From positions 70,990,001 through 71,054,000 of the forward strand of contig OZ024746.1 in the NCBI GenBank assembly GCA_964016885.1: a stretch of 64,000 nt of DNA, in the 5' to 3' direction. The notes below the pieces were generated by a model, which worked only from the letters and a program-made list of their open reading frames with translations, made no database searches and was not told where the DNA came from. Below are positions 13,855 through 28,130 of this stretch, one piece after another; the first letter of the stretch is position 1; each line of letters begins with the position of its first letter. The DNA comes from Eledone cirrhosa (lineage: Eukaryota). The position numbers were made by a program, and so were the translations under genes.

Positions 13855-13971
13855 GTATATATATGCATGCTACTGTACGTCTGTATACATATATGTATGT
13901 ACGTATACACACATACTTACATTTATATATATATATATATATATATGATATATATATATATAATACATGAT

Positions 13972-14025
<54 letters not shown>

Positions 14026-15258
14026 CATGTATATACTCACACAAACACACAAATATATTTATTATATTACAAATCTCTCTTTGGTACCTTGATCGTCAAT
14101 TAACAACGAAATAGGTTAAAATCTATTTGCAGAAGCTTGTGGAATCTCTACCATTTCTGCTGCTAATAATTTTCATTTCTGGGAATGGTGGTGAGGAGGA
14201 GGGTGGTGAGGAGGAATGGTGGTGAGAAGGCTGGGAGTTAATTTAGAAATTTCTTGTATCAAACTTCAAAGAATCCCAATATATGTTTTGGAGTTCTTTT
14301 TTTTTTTTTATCAAAATGTTTGGCTGGAGGTAAGGAGAAAGGGAGAGCTAGGTTGTGATTGGGTATTTAAAAAAAAAATGTTATCTTTATTCTTTTTCAT
14401 TGTTGTAGAGTATGAAGGCATGTATTCAGGTGTGTTAATGTTCCAAGGTAATGAGGAAAAGAAACAAGACAAAATAGAAAAAAAAAAAGTATGGCTGTGT
14501 AGTTAAGGAGTTTGTTTTACAGCTATGTGCTACAGTGTTCATTCCTGCTGCACAACACTTTGGACATGTGTCTTCTATTATAGCCTCAGGTTGACCAATG
14601 TCTTGGGAGCAAAATTTGGCAGAGAGAAAATATGTGGAAGCCAGCCACACATATATATATATATAATAATTTTAAATGATATATATAGATATATCAATTG
14701 AAAAAACTAACTAGGATTTAATATGTATATACATATAGAAACAAATACAATTTAAGGTGTTAAATAAAAAACATTACTTACATAACGATTAAGTTATATT
14801 TAAATGACCGTACTTCCAAATATGACCATCCTATCACAGACTGCTCTCAATTGATATCTCTCTATAAATCGTTTAAAATTATTTTATATTATGGATGCTC
14901 TAATGAAAGGTTTATTGAGCTTTTACTGAGAAACATTCATTCATTCATTTCATTTTACGTCCGCTTTTTCCCTGCTTGCAAGGGTCTATACATACATATG
15001 TATTGATTAAACCTAAAATTATATATATATATACACACACATGGTCCCGTAACTCCTGAGAGAGTCATTGGTGTGCCTTATTGACATATGGCGTATCTAG
15101 GGCACTTTTAAACCTGGCACAACCCATCTCCTCTCCAGGTCTGAATACAGCAGATTTTATTTCCAGAGAAGGATAAAGATGAGAGAATGGAAGTAAAAAA
15201 GAGATATAGAGGAATAATCGGCTCCAGCACTAGACTAGTACTTTGTATGTATATATAT

Positions 15259-15300
<42 letters not shown>

Positions 15301-16244
15301 TCCATTGCAAGCAGGGAAAAGTGGACATAAAATGATGAGGAGGATGATGATGATATATATATTGTGTGTGTGTCTGTTGGTGCTTATATTTGTGTTCCTT
15401 ACTTTAGCAGTTTGACAAAAAGAGATCGATTAATTAAGAACCAGACTTAAAGTATGGGGTTGATATGATCAACTGAATTCCTTCAAGGTGGTGCCCCAGC
15501 CTGGGTGTAGTCTAATAACTGAAACCAGTAAAAGAATATAAATAGATACATAGATAAATATTTACACACACGCACATGCATTTGGAACAGATAATGATTC
15601 GATGATGATATAAGATATGAAGGAAGAGTAAGTGATACCACAGCAACCACCACCACCACCACCATACCACCACAGCAACAACAACAAAAACGGCTACCTA
15701 CACCAGCACTACCACCACCACAACAACAACAACACCAACACAACAATGACAACAGCTACCATCACCACCACCACCACAACAACAACAACAACAAAAGCAA
15801 GAAGGAATAAGGAAACAAGAAGCATTAGAGCAGCTATTATTGAAGACATATGTCTAGCATTAGATCTAGTGGTAAGGATGGTAGATGGTACATATAGTGA
15901 GGTAGCGAAGGCAGTGGTGGTGGTGGTGGTGGTAGTGGTGATGGGAATGGTAGTGGCAATGGTGATGATGATGGTATTGATGGGAATGATGGTGGTGGTG
16001 ATGGTAATGATAACGATGATGATCGTGATGATGATGATAACATAGGAAGCTGCTTCTATCATATTTCATTATCAAGTTAGATTAAACATACATTGGTCAC
16101 CTGATGATATCTCAACTTGTTCTGTTCAATCAAGACTGACCTAGGGCTAAACAACAACCACCCCAGTATCCTACATAATTATATAACGATTCAATGTGGG
16201 TGCTTCTATGTGATTCTTTGATTTGCTAGAAACATACATTCATA

Positions 16245-16720
16245 TATCATCATCCTCATTATCCTCTAACCCCGTTGGAACACTGCCATACTGAATGCTG
16301 CACCAACTGCCTCCATCTCTGGCTGTCATGCTTGGGTTATGACAAAGTTCTTCCCTGTCCACTCAGCTATGTTGTAAATCCACTGCTTCTTCTGTCTGCC
16401 ATGCCTTCTCTTCCCCTGTACGGTTCCTTAGAGAATCATCTTAGAGAGTCCATCTGATCTCATCACATGCCCAAACCACCTCAACTTTCTCCTCTTCACT
16501 ATGGTCAGCAGAACTTCAAAGTGACTCACATGCTGGGTGATTCTTTTGTGAACCTCCTCGTTCACTAAATTTCCTCTTATTTTCCTCATATTCTGTGTAG
16601 GAAATTCCTAGGATTCTTCTATAGTATTTCATCTCCAGATGAAATACTATAGAAGAAGCATCTTCCTTTGCAGTGCAGTGGTCAAGGTTCATGACTCACA
16701 TGCATATAAAAAAATGTATA
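16245..16720 (-). mobile_element. Decayed RTE-type LINE 3' fragment
   Basis: Reverse strand shows LRWFGHVMR and GRRRHGRQKK..W remnants; adjoins the CR1/L2 insertion. Confidence 0.55.
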
Positions 16721-16744
16721 GAACCAATGTATACATGTATGTGT

Positions 16745-17355
16745 ATACAGCTATGGTACGACCACACTTGGAATTTGCATCATCAGTCTGGAACCCCTAT
16801 CTTGCTCAGAACATTGACCTCCTGGAAACTGTTCAGAGACGTGCAACCAAGCGCATACTCTCCATCAGACACCTACAATACTCTGAACGCCTTGCTTCCC
16901 TGGGCATGGATTCAGTGAAGCTCCGACATCTGGCAATGCACTTGGTAAACACCCACAAAGTTATTAACCATCTCGCCAACAACAACCCTGAGTACCTTTT
17001 TGATCTCCATGTGTCTAACACACGTGGACATGCCTACAAAGTCAGAAAACAGCACAGCTCCCATGACTTTCGGAAACATTTTTTCACGCTTAGAGTTGCT
17101 GAAGCATGGAACAAACTGCCTGCGTGAGTTGTTAACTGCCGAGACACTGCATCCTTTAAAACCCTCATGCTTCCCGAAATTCGCCAAAACTACACCTGAT
17201 GTCCCCCTTCCATACACATGCACACATGTGTATATCATGACTCATGCACTGTTCATTTTCCTGACGTTTGTACATTACCCTATGTACTATACATACACTT
17301 TTGATGAGTTGTAGTGCACCTGAGCACTGTACACAATATTTTCATTATTATTATA
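16745..17355 (+). mobile_element. CR1/L2-group LINE 3' fragment
   Basis: YTAMVRPHLEFASSVWNPY..LETVQRRATK..TRGH..FFTLRVAEAWNKLP; 3' UTR ending in (ATT)n. Confidence 0.88.
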
Positions 17356-17921
17356 TACACACAGTGTACAGGAAAGTGAACTGATAGAAAAATTTGGTAT
17401 AAGAGGAATTGAATGTAGTGTGCATGAGATAAGACTGTATGTGATGCATATGGAAGATCCCAGACTTCATTCACTTACTTTACTGAGTGGGGTGGAACTT
17501 TTCAGATCAAACCAAAGAAACAATGTTTCCATTGGTCTTTTCCAATTGCTGATACTATTCACTGGTTGCAACTCCTGGCAGAAGAAGCGAAATGAAATAA
17601 AGTCTTGCTCAAGGACATTACTTAGTATGGGAATTGAACTCACTACCTCACGATTGTGAATCTAATTCTCTAATCACTAAGCCGTGCACCTTTACAATGG
17701 TGTTGTATATTGTGAGGATTTGTTTGCTGTATGACCTTCCACTTATCAATTCAGGCTGCTCCTCTTGTAAAAACTCATCAACTGCTATTTTTAGGTGGGT
17801 AATGATGTCCAGTGTGTCTCTCTTATGCCCAAGATGTCTGTGCTGTAGGTGGCCATCTCTTGTGTCACCTTCTTAATGAATGATTGGAGCTGTTTGTTGT
17901 TTTTGTAGCACTTTTGATTAA

Positions 17922-18130
17922 CCCTTTAGCATTTAAACTGGCCATATCTGGCCAGAGCTCTCTCACCGCTTTCTGTTCAAACCAGCTGTAACCTGCTGCT
18001 CATACTAATGTTAAAGTATTGTTCTCAAAATAAATGATATAAAAAATCTCATATATTCATTATTACGTTAGATAAAGCCTTTACCATGAAAATATAATAG
18101 TAAATATAGAGTAATGTAAATGTTAAAGGG
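17922..18130. mobile_element. piggyBac-type MITE, same family
   Basis: TTAA|ccctttagcattta...taaatgttaaaggg|TTAA. Confidence 0.85.
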
Positions 18131-18584
18131 TTAATGGAGGTAAGATTGCTAACCTTGCACTCCATCCCAGCTCCCTTCTCAACACAGGCCCCCAAAACTA
18201 ACTTTGCATTTCAAAGGTAAGGAATGAGTTTCTGTAACCCTGGATAAGGGCCCATTCCTGGTACTGTCACTTGGAGCCAGCTGAACCTGGTACATGTATA
18301 GGGTTGAATTGTCAGGCCCTGTAATAATGACTGATGTCACTCCCCACTACCACAGAATAATCTAAAACCATGCTCTCTCTATTCTGACTGACATTCTTGA
18401 ATGATAAGATAGGATCTGCTATCTTTCTGAAGTACCAGATATTATTAAATGGATGGGGTGGGGTAGATCAACATATTTATATCACATGTGTGTGAGATGT
18501 TTGTGTGATTGGATGTCTGTGTATGTGTATTTATATGAATATTTTATGCATTTTTATGTGTATGTATATATGTGTATGTATGTA

Positions 18585-18620
<36 letters not shown>

Positions 18621-20612
18621 AATATATATGTGTATGTATGTGTGTGTGTGTATATATATATATTTATACACACACACAGACTATATATATATAGTTCAAG
18701 GAGGCAACAAACAGAAGTACACAAGTCTTATTAGTTTCACGCTTTATATTGGAAAGAGGGAAGAATATATACATATATATATGATGTGTGTGTGTGTGTG
18801 AATATGAATGTATGTAAGTTAGCTGTGATAGTGGTGTAATTGTAGATTGTGCTAATGGGGTGGTAGTGGTTGTGCAGAGCAGAGCTAAAAATAATATTAA
18901 ATGCTTATATTAAGGATTATTTCTCTGCTATTTCATCTCTGCCTTTCTTTCCTTCCTCCCTCTTTTCTCTTCTTTCGTCTCTTCCTTCTTTTCCATCCTA
19001 TCCCCTTCCCCCAGAGGCCTTATCTCTAATCTGTCTGCAAATGTTTTCAGGGAATACCTTACACCATAGGTTCAATGCTTCTGTTGAGGTTCTTTTTTTT
19101 TATGTCGGTAGTGGTGGCAATGGTGGGGAGTTACTTTCCCCTCTATGCAAATCTATTGTACACCATTACCATCATCATTATCACCATTACCACCACCACC
19201 ACCACCACCACCACCACCACCACCACCACCACTATCACTGCCATCATCTTTATAACCATGTCTCCATAGCAGGCAAATATATATCTCTGTAGTTATCATA
19301 GTTCTTTAAATCTTTTGACAAAGGGATTTCTCCCTTGAAATATATAAAGGACAAATTAAATATTTCCAAATTAACATTTCAACACCTTTGTTATTGTTAT
19401 TTTGAAATATTTTGAGATGTAAAAAAAAAATAATTTGCTGGATAATGAACTGGAAAAAATTAGTCGAGAGAGGGAGAGAGGGATAGAGATGTTCGAAAAG
19501 ATGTCATTAATTATTCCTGATGAAATGCATCTTTTGAGTTGCAATGTTACATAAAAAAGTGATGTAATGCTGTTGAGTAAAAGTGTGCCTATGCTAACAG
19601 GTGTAGAATGAAGTAATTCAATAAGACATGTATTTTTATTCTTACCACTCATACATATAGACACACTCACACGAGGGAATTTGGGTGCTATTTCTAGCAA
19701 AATTGGTAAGGCATGGAGACAAAAAACAAAGGAAAACAAAAAGAAAAAAATCAACAACACGGAGTCCTTGTTTTCAACCGTCTTCCATTGAGTACAGTTT
19801 TGTATACATATATATATATATATATATACATATATATAAGATCTCTCTCTCTCTCGAAAGAAAGAGAGAGAGAGATCTTTTTCCTTTGATGTAGATATCT
19901 TTGTCTACTTCTCTCTGTTGCTAACTTGTTTATAGCCTAAGGGTCCTGGGTTCAGATCCTGACTATCTTCACTTGGCCTTTCATCTGTGGAAGGTGTAGG
20001 TATGTATGTCTGATTATATCAACTAAAATAATTGGTTGATATAAATGTATGTGTGTATGTATGGATGTATGAATGCATGTATGTATGTGTGTATGTCTAT
20101 GTATATGTGTGTGTGTATGTATGTGTGTATATATGTATGTATGTATGTGTGTATGTCTATGTGTATGTGTGTGTGTGTATGTATGTGTATATATGTATGT
20201 ATGTATGTATGTATCTATGTATGTATGTATGTATATATGTATGTATGTATGCATTCATTGACATAAACATACATATATGAGTGTTCTGCCTAGACAGGAA
20301 CATGATGTAGTGTTGATATGAATTATCAATGGAAGCAGAGTGCCATACATTTTTTGTGGAATACCTAGATCTTCGTATATGTTACTGAGTATTTACACTA
20401 CAGAGTTAAAATACATGAAGTTGAACAATGAAAGAATGGGAAAAACAAAATTTGGTAGCAATTAATCTATTGTTTTGTAATTGTGCCAGTGACTAAACAT
20501 CAATGTTGCAGGCTAATCAATGGAAATTAGGTAACTTCATACCATCATGCTAGCAGGGAAATCAGACATTAAATGTTGATGATATATATATATATATGTG
20601 CGTGCGTGCGTG

Positions 20613-20661
<49 letters not shown>

Positions 20662-20792
20662 ATGTATGTGTGTGTGTGTATATATATATATATAATAAAT
20701 TATATGTGTATATATATATTTGTGTGTGTGTATATATATATATATATACACTTATATATGTGTGTATATATATATATTATAAATTATATATA

Positions 20793-20849
<57 letters not shown>

Positions 20850-20881
20850 ATATATATATATGTGTGTGTGTGTGTGCGTGC

Positions 20882-20961
<80 letters not shown>

Positions 20962-21440
20962 AAAAGTGCTCTAGTTGCCGAAGTGTATGATAAAGTTATA
21001 TCTACATAAATACAGAGTGTATAACGAAGACTGCATCATCTGTAATAATATATACACATATCTAATTTGTCGTCATGTAAACAAGACAGCAAATACAAAT
21101 CTCGATGTATATTGAAAAAGTCATAAACATTTTTTCGACCCTCCTCCAATTTACAGGTAAATTTGTATTTTCTGGCATATTTACATGTCTACAAAGTAGA
21201 TATGTGTATATATTTATAAACATCTGTGCAATCTTGGTTACACACTCTGTATTTATGCAGATATAACTTTCTCATACACATCGGCAGCTAGCGTACTTCG
21301 TACTATATATCTTAATTAATTACCAACATGAACGCTAAATATATGCAAATTAGAATGTCCATTTCAGAATAGTACTATGAGCGAATTGCTATATGCACCC
21401 ATCAAATATATGTTTCCTTGTTGTTGATTGGATGATATCC

Positions 21441-21489
21441 ACATCTTCTGATGAGGGTTCAATAAAATCAGAAAATCAATTAAAGATGT
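21441..21489 (+). ncRNA. Minimal type I hammerhead ribozyme (slightly decayed)
   Basis: acatctt-CTGATGA-gggttcaataaaatca-GAAA-atcaat-TA-aagatgt: perfect 7-bp stem I, intact core, weak stem II, near-palindromic stem III. Confidence 0.7.
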
Positions 21490-22999
21490 TTATAATTTTT
21501 TCAATTTACAGGGAAATTCGAATTTTCAGTCATGTTTACACGACTACAAATCAGATATGTGTATATATTTATACACATTCTGCAGTCTTGGTTACACACT
21601 TTGTATTTATGTAGATATAACTTAAATATATCATATTATTTATTTATGTCCACACATGGAACAAAATCACACCACTGTGCACAATCTGGAGAGATGGTCA
21701 TAATTGGAGCTTGAAACGTTAGGTAGCGCTTTTTGTTCTGTGTATGAACATACATAAATAATATAATATATCAAGATTGAGCACTGTTTTCCTTTTTCAT
21801 GTCTGCCAATTCTTTTACTACACACACTTAGTGTATATAGTATATATAATATACATATATATAGTATACATATATATAGTTTATATATATATAATGTCAC
21901 TAGTTATGAACTATAGTTATTCCATTTCTTTGCTGGTTCTTCACTGAATTTTCTTCACATACAGTTTCTTCCCACTACCACTCATCTTCCACCCAGCACT
22001 GTTATCTTCTTTTACACTTAACATGTTCCATGTCTGTGACCATATTACCAACTAATTCAATTGACTTTTCTCCCTTGATCATTGTCATCATCATCACAAC
22101 CATCACCATCACTATCAGCACTACCATTATCATCATTGTTATATCATCATCACTATCACCATCATCATCACCACATGCTTTGCCTAGTCTTCTCCAGTAC
22201 ACCATTTCTTTACAGTTTGAGATTTCTAAATACAATTCATGTTCTTACATTGACAAAATCATGTGTTATTGCATGTGTTTGTTGGAGTTATTGTTATTAT
22301 TGCAGATGTTGTTGGTGTTGTTGTTATTGCAGTTGTGGTTGATGTTGAGATTGTTGTTACAGTTGTGGATGATCTTGTGGTAGTTCTCGTTGGAGTTGTT
22401 ACAGTTCATGTTGTTATTGCAGTTTTATTGTGATATGTGTTGGTGTTGTTGCAGTTGTTGGTGTTATTTTACTTTTTGTTATTGTAGTTATTGTTGCTAT
22501 TGCAGTTGTTGTTGTTGTTGTTGCATATGTATGTCTCAGTTGTAAGGTGGGGAGTTTGTCCATATCCAACTTTGTATATAATTGTTTGGAAGTAAATAGA
22601 ATAAAGGATGTGAATGCAATGCAGCTGATAATTATGTGGGAGTTAATGGGAGCAGAATTTTACAAGGATAAGAAGGATTGGGGAAAAAAGCATACTACAA
22701 AACTAGTACTAAATTAACCAACTGAAAATGTTATCGAGATAAAGTATTTCAGAGAAGCAACTTTACAGAAACAGGATTTGGAAATATAATATATATCAGT
22801 GATGTTTTCTTTCTCTTTCTGATGAGGGACTTTAGTCTGTAACATTAAAAATATTTGTACTCTCTTTAAATGTAAAGCCATTTTCATATATGTATGTTTG
22901 TGTAAATATATATGACTGTGTTTAAGTGTATATGTGTGAATAAATATGTGTGTATAAGAAATATATCTTATAAACCTATATATATGTATGACACCTATG

Positions 23000-23445
23000 T
23001 GCGAAGTGTGATGCTGCATGGTAATGAAACATAGGCAGTGATTGCAGAGACATGCATAGACTTGAGAGAAATGAAGTAACCATGCTTCATTGGATGTGCA
23101 ATGTAAATGTGAGAGAAAGGTAGAGCTTGGATGAGCTGAGGGAGAAACTGAGTTTAAGAGGAATCCAAAGTGGTGTGTAAGAGAGAAAACTGTGTTGGTA
23201 TGGAAATGTGAGTCACTTGGATGATGGTTGATGAGTGAAGAAGTGCCAGAAAATCCCAGTGGAGGGAAGCCACAGTCGAGGTAGATCAAGAAAGACCTGG
23301 ACAGAGGTGGTGAGAACTGATCTCAAATTGCTGAAACTCACAGAAGAGATGATGAAGGAATGCAGTGAGGGGCGAGATCCTGTACTGAACCTGTTCAACC
23401 CATGCAAACTTAGAAATAAGGGAGTGAAAACAATGATGATGATGA
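23000..23445 (+). mobile_element. RTE-type LINE 3' fragment
   Basis: VKKCQKIPVEGSHSRGRSRKTWTEVVRTDL; (GAT)n tail. Confidence 0.65.
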
Positions 23446-23962
23446 TATATAATATGTTTCTTTGTCTTGAAACATTTTCATAATTTCTTCCAGGGAATCT
23501 AACGTATCCCAGAATAATCCACAAACATAAAGATATTGTTTTCCAATTTACTCCCTTGAATTTTTTGAAAGGAGATTATAAATAGACTGAAAGTTCTAAT
23601 GGAGTGGGAGTGAGAAAGAAATGAAGTACAAACAGTTAAAGAGAAGATAAAGAAACATTATTATGTCAAACTTTCTGTACTCTTTTTTTCTTCCATTTTT
23701 CTTTCATTTTATTTTCATTTTTCTTTCTCACTTACACGCAATCTTTCTCATCACTGTGTTTGAGTGTGCAGATGTGTGTGTACATATGTCTATGAATTCA
23801 ATATATATACATTGTGTTTGTGTGAGAATGTCTGCTTATATATATACATGTTTAAAGATTCATATAAATATACATTGGGTTTGTATGAAAACGTGTGTGT
23901 ATGTATATACATACATTGTGTTTGTATGAAAATGTGTGTTTGTTTAAATATGTGTTTATAGA

Positions 23963-24102
<140 letters not shown>

Positions 24103-24354
24103 AAGCATGAAACTAATAAGACTTTGTATTTTTGCATCTATGTGTTTGTCTTGTCTATTCTTGAACTATATATATTGTGTTTGTATGAGAATGTATATTT
24201 GTGTATATATGTGTGTATAGATTCATATATATATGCATTGGTTTTGTATGAGAATATGTTTGTCTATATATGCATGTATAGATTCATGTATATATACACA
24301 CATTGTGTTTGTATGAAAATGTATGTTTGTGTGTATATGTATATATATATGTAT

Positions 24355-24385
<31 letters not shown>

Positions 24386-24445
24386 AATATATATATATAT
24401 ATGTGTATATATATATATGTGTATATATATATATGTGTATATATA

Positions 24446-24503
<58 letters not shown>

Positions 24504-25462
24504 TACGCACACACATACACACACGCATATTTCTTTTTCCATTTGCAAAAAAGATCTTGTACCTGTAATGTAATCCTCAGTCAAGTTGACATAATGTGAC
24601 AAGGCTGAGCCCTCAAAACCATAGCTATGCAATTAAGGGGCTTGGGATTCAATCCCACTCTGGCATATTAGCATGCAGCTCATGTTACCTTATTTGTGGG
24701 TCAACCGAAGCCTTGGAGTGGAATTTGGGTAGACTATACATTTGATGTGAGCTCTCCAGCTTTGTTAAACAGGGTCATATTTTGACTAGTTGAACACTGC
24801 ATTAAGGGTACACGTGTCTGTGGAATACCGTGTCACTTATGTAATCTAGAAGTGTGTTATGATTAATTCCAATTGTTGATCTATCAGAACACTCATTCAT
24901 CAATACAAATCAATATGAGAATACACACACACACACACGTCTAGGGAGTGTAACGTGAAGTTACTGTAAGTTCACCCAGGTGAGAACTTGATGTTTAGGT
25001 TCACGTCAGTGGCGAGGTGTAGATCTAAACAGTGTAATATAATAATACACGGACAATTCGTTAAGTCTTCATTATGTTTATTGATTGGTGACACGCATTT
25101 CACTATTGATCAGCTCAAGGTTCGATCTGTATTGATCTGGCCTGACTCTGGAATCAAAAGCTCAAATGACATTACAACAGCAGAGGTCCGACGGGTCAGA
25201 TCGATACAGATAGAACCTTGAGTTGATCAATAGCGAAACACACGTCACCAATCAATAAACATAATGAAGGCTTAACAAATTGTCCTTGTATTATCATATA
25301 TATATATATAGGAGGAAGTATGACTAGTCCAGAAATAGCTGTCGAAACGGCTTGAGCTCTGCCGTTGGGGTCATAATTTCTCCTATTACCCACTCTACTA
25401 CCCTAAGTATTGAGTACTCTGGTGCGTTATGGTCCATCTGGTTCCTTACCACAACTCCTTCG

Positions 25463-25511
<49 letters not shown>

Positions 25512-25754
25512 CACACACACTCATGTATATATGCTTTTTCTTTCTTATATATATATTAAAAAAAATGATATATAAGAAAAAAAATATAGAATTACTTGAA
25601 GAGGAATTGCAATCAAGAAGAGTTAAGCTCAATGTATTTATATTGATAGAAATATTGGGAGGAGACTTTTAAAGGGTAGAAGAAAGGTTGCAGCTTTAAC
25701 ACAGAGCTTATAAAATGAATCAAGATAATAGAAATAAGTCCTTACATAGTTTAA

Positions 25755-25902
25755 CCCTTTAGCATTTACATGACTCTATATATTTTATTATATTTTCGCA
25801 GTAAAGGCTTTAACATCAGTATGAGTGGCTGGTTACAGCTGGTTTGAATAGAAAGAGGTGATAGAATTCTGGCCGGATACAACTGGTTTAGATGCTAAAG
25901 GG
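25755..25902. mobile_element. piggyBac-type MITE, same family (internally deleted)
   Basis: TTAA|ccctttagcattta...tagatgctaaaggg|TTAA. Confidence 0.85.
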
Positions 25903-26218
25903 TTAATCCTTACAGTTATTTTCATATAGATATTCTTCAAACACAGAACTAGGCAGATGTAATCATAGTAATAATATTGAAGATAATAATCTACATTATA
26001 AAAAGAGTTATAATAATATGAAAAAATGAGGAATAATGTATATACTTTATGCTAGTTAGTGCTTGAAAAAGTTAGTGTTTCCCCAGAAGATTAAACATTT
26101 GCATCAAAGAAAAGCAAGTACAGTGAAAAGAGATATGTTGTCATAGTGACTACATCTCTACTGCCTAATACTGTGTTTGAAGAAAAGCTTTGTATCAAAA
26201 CAATTGTAAGGATTAAAT

Positions 26219-26382
26219 CAGGCATGGCCAACATTTTCTGAGCAGTGAGCAACATAAGATGTGGCTCATCAAAAAGCAGGCCGCACTACTAAAAAATTCA
26301 AGGCAATTTTGAAATTAAGTTTGCCATTCAGAAAGCCAAATGGGCTACATGTGGCTCGTAGACTGCATTTTGTCCATGACTG
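26219..26382. mobile_element. hAT (Charlie-like) MITE
   Basis: TIRs caggcatggccaac / tttgtccatgactg; 8-bp TSD gattaaat/gattaaac; related shorter copy at 61911-61988. Confidence 0.75.
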
Positions 26383-26422
26383 GATTAAACTATGTAAAAA
26401 CTTATTTCTGTTATCTTAATTT

Positions 26423-26464
<42 letters not shown>

Positions 26465-26567
26465 AAAAATGTTAGCTATCGCCGTATTTTGACTAAAGAA
26501 ATTAAAGAAATTATTTAGCCTGATAGTGGGGTTAAGAACCCTCGGAGAAATGGAAAAAGATGAGTAT

Positions 26568-26640
26568 TGACGTACATGGGAGTCGAACCCACATCTTTGG
26601 TTATCCGGACCACTGTGCTACCATTTACACCAACACTTCA
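26568..26640 (-). other. tRNA-like (pseudo-tRNA) sequence inside a repeat unit
   Basis: 73 nt folding as TGAAGTG/TACGTCA acceptor, D arm with TGGTA, TGGT/ACCA anticodon stem, GTGGG-TTCGACT-CCCAT T arm; non-canonical anticodon loop CCGGATA. Confidence 0.6.
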
Positions 26641-27797
26641 CCCGCCTTTTTCCATTCAAATTAGAAGCTATAAACTTAGCGACTCTAATGTCAAGTAAGA
26701 ATATTTTCGAAACAGCGAGTGAATTTGAAATTATTAGAAATGTTAGCTATCGCCGTATTTTGACTAAAGAAATTAAAGAAATTATTTAGCCTGATAGTGG
26801 GGTTAAGAACCCTCGGAGAAATGGAAAAAGATGAGTATTGACGTACATGGGAGTCGACTCAGTGCAGAAATAGCCGTTGAAACGGCTTGAGCTCTACCGT
26901 CGGGGTCATACTTTTTCATATATATATATATATATATATGTATAGAGAGAGAGACACACACATACATGTATACATACATATATACACACACACACACAGA
27001 TGTTGCAGTGTTATATTTTTTTTATTAGAAAAATACAGCCGACACAAAATGGCCACATGACTAATCTGCTGAACATTGCTCGAGGCTTGAAATCTTGATT
27101 AATGAAGCCAAAGTATTATAAACAGAAAGGAGAGAGTACCTTCTTTATGAATAGATATGGTGTCTGCATACTATTTTATCTTTTATTGGTTTCGGCCATT
27201 AGGCTGTGGCCATATATATTTGAAATTATAATTAATTAAATTTTTTATTTATTTAAGTTCCTCTATATATTACAGCTAGATCTTTTTCATGAATTTGCTC
27301 TTCAGTGCAGGAGAAATATGTAGAAATATCTGAATGAACATTACAACACACGAGAGAGTTTGTTTTCTTTCTTCCAAAAATGAATGAAATATACTTGAGA
27401 AAAAAACAAAACAAAAAAACAATCTTGTTCATTCAGATGAGAGGACAAAATCCATGAAATAGATTTATTTGTACTAATGGAGGAAATTAATTCGATAAGA
27501 ACTTTAATTACCATATTTCTCGGCGTGGAAGATGCTGTTCTTAAGTCTGGAAAATTTACCCTACATCTTGGAAGAAGAAGGTTATGTTAAGCAGTTTATT
27601 TTAAACTTTTCTTATATTCTTTTAAAATTTAGCAACTCAAATAAGGTTACATCCATAACATTGGTGCGTCTTCGACACCAAGAAATAATGTACCTATAAT
27701 TTCAAATACGTAAACACATGTATGTATGTGTGTGTGTGTGTTTGTGTAATGAAATAAAATTCATAAAGCGTCGTCGAGGTGGGCATTCTATGTGGCT

Positions 27798-27832
<35 letters not shown>

Positions 27833-27904
27833 GTGTATATGAGTGTGTTGACCAAAGTTGTGCCCCTTCAATCTATCACCTCTTGTAATTGTTTGGTTTT
27901 CCAG

Positions 27905-28130
27905 ATGGCGGCGTTACAAAAAGTCTCTCAGTTCAACTTCCCTTACAGGCACTGCAAGTCCCCTGTTGGTGGCACCAGCCCACTGCCGTTATGAGCCTGT
28001 ACCATCGCCACTGGCCACAGATTCTACCACTACTACTACTCCTAGTACCACAACAACCAACACTACTACCACTACTACTACTACCATCATCAACACTACC
28101 TCTTCTTCTTCTTCACCCAACCGGGTATGA
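27905..28130 (+). CDS. TTBK: Tau-tubulin kinase terminal coding exon
   Basis: tttccAG acceptor; AG|A completes Arg, giving ...PIVSAR-WRRYKKSL..., which resembles TTBK2 'GKPPTRPGVEARLRRYK' as recalled; TGA at 28128-28130. Confidence 0.75.

Noticed and set aside
26568-26640. Functional tRNA gene (Ser-GGA)
   Set aside because: C at position 33, pyrimidine at 37, stem mismatches, and embedded in a repeat; treated as tRNA-derived
26681-26721. Hammerhead in the 271-bp unit (ctaatgt...gaaacagc)
   Set aside because: Two core mismatches and no UH site or convincing stem III
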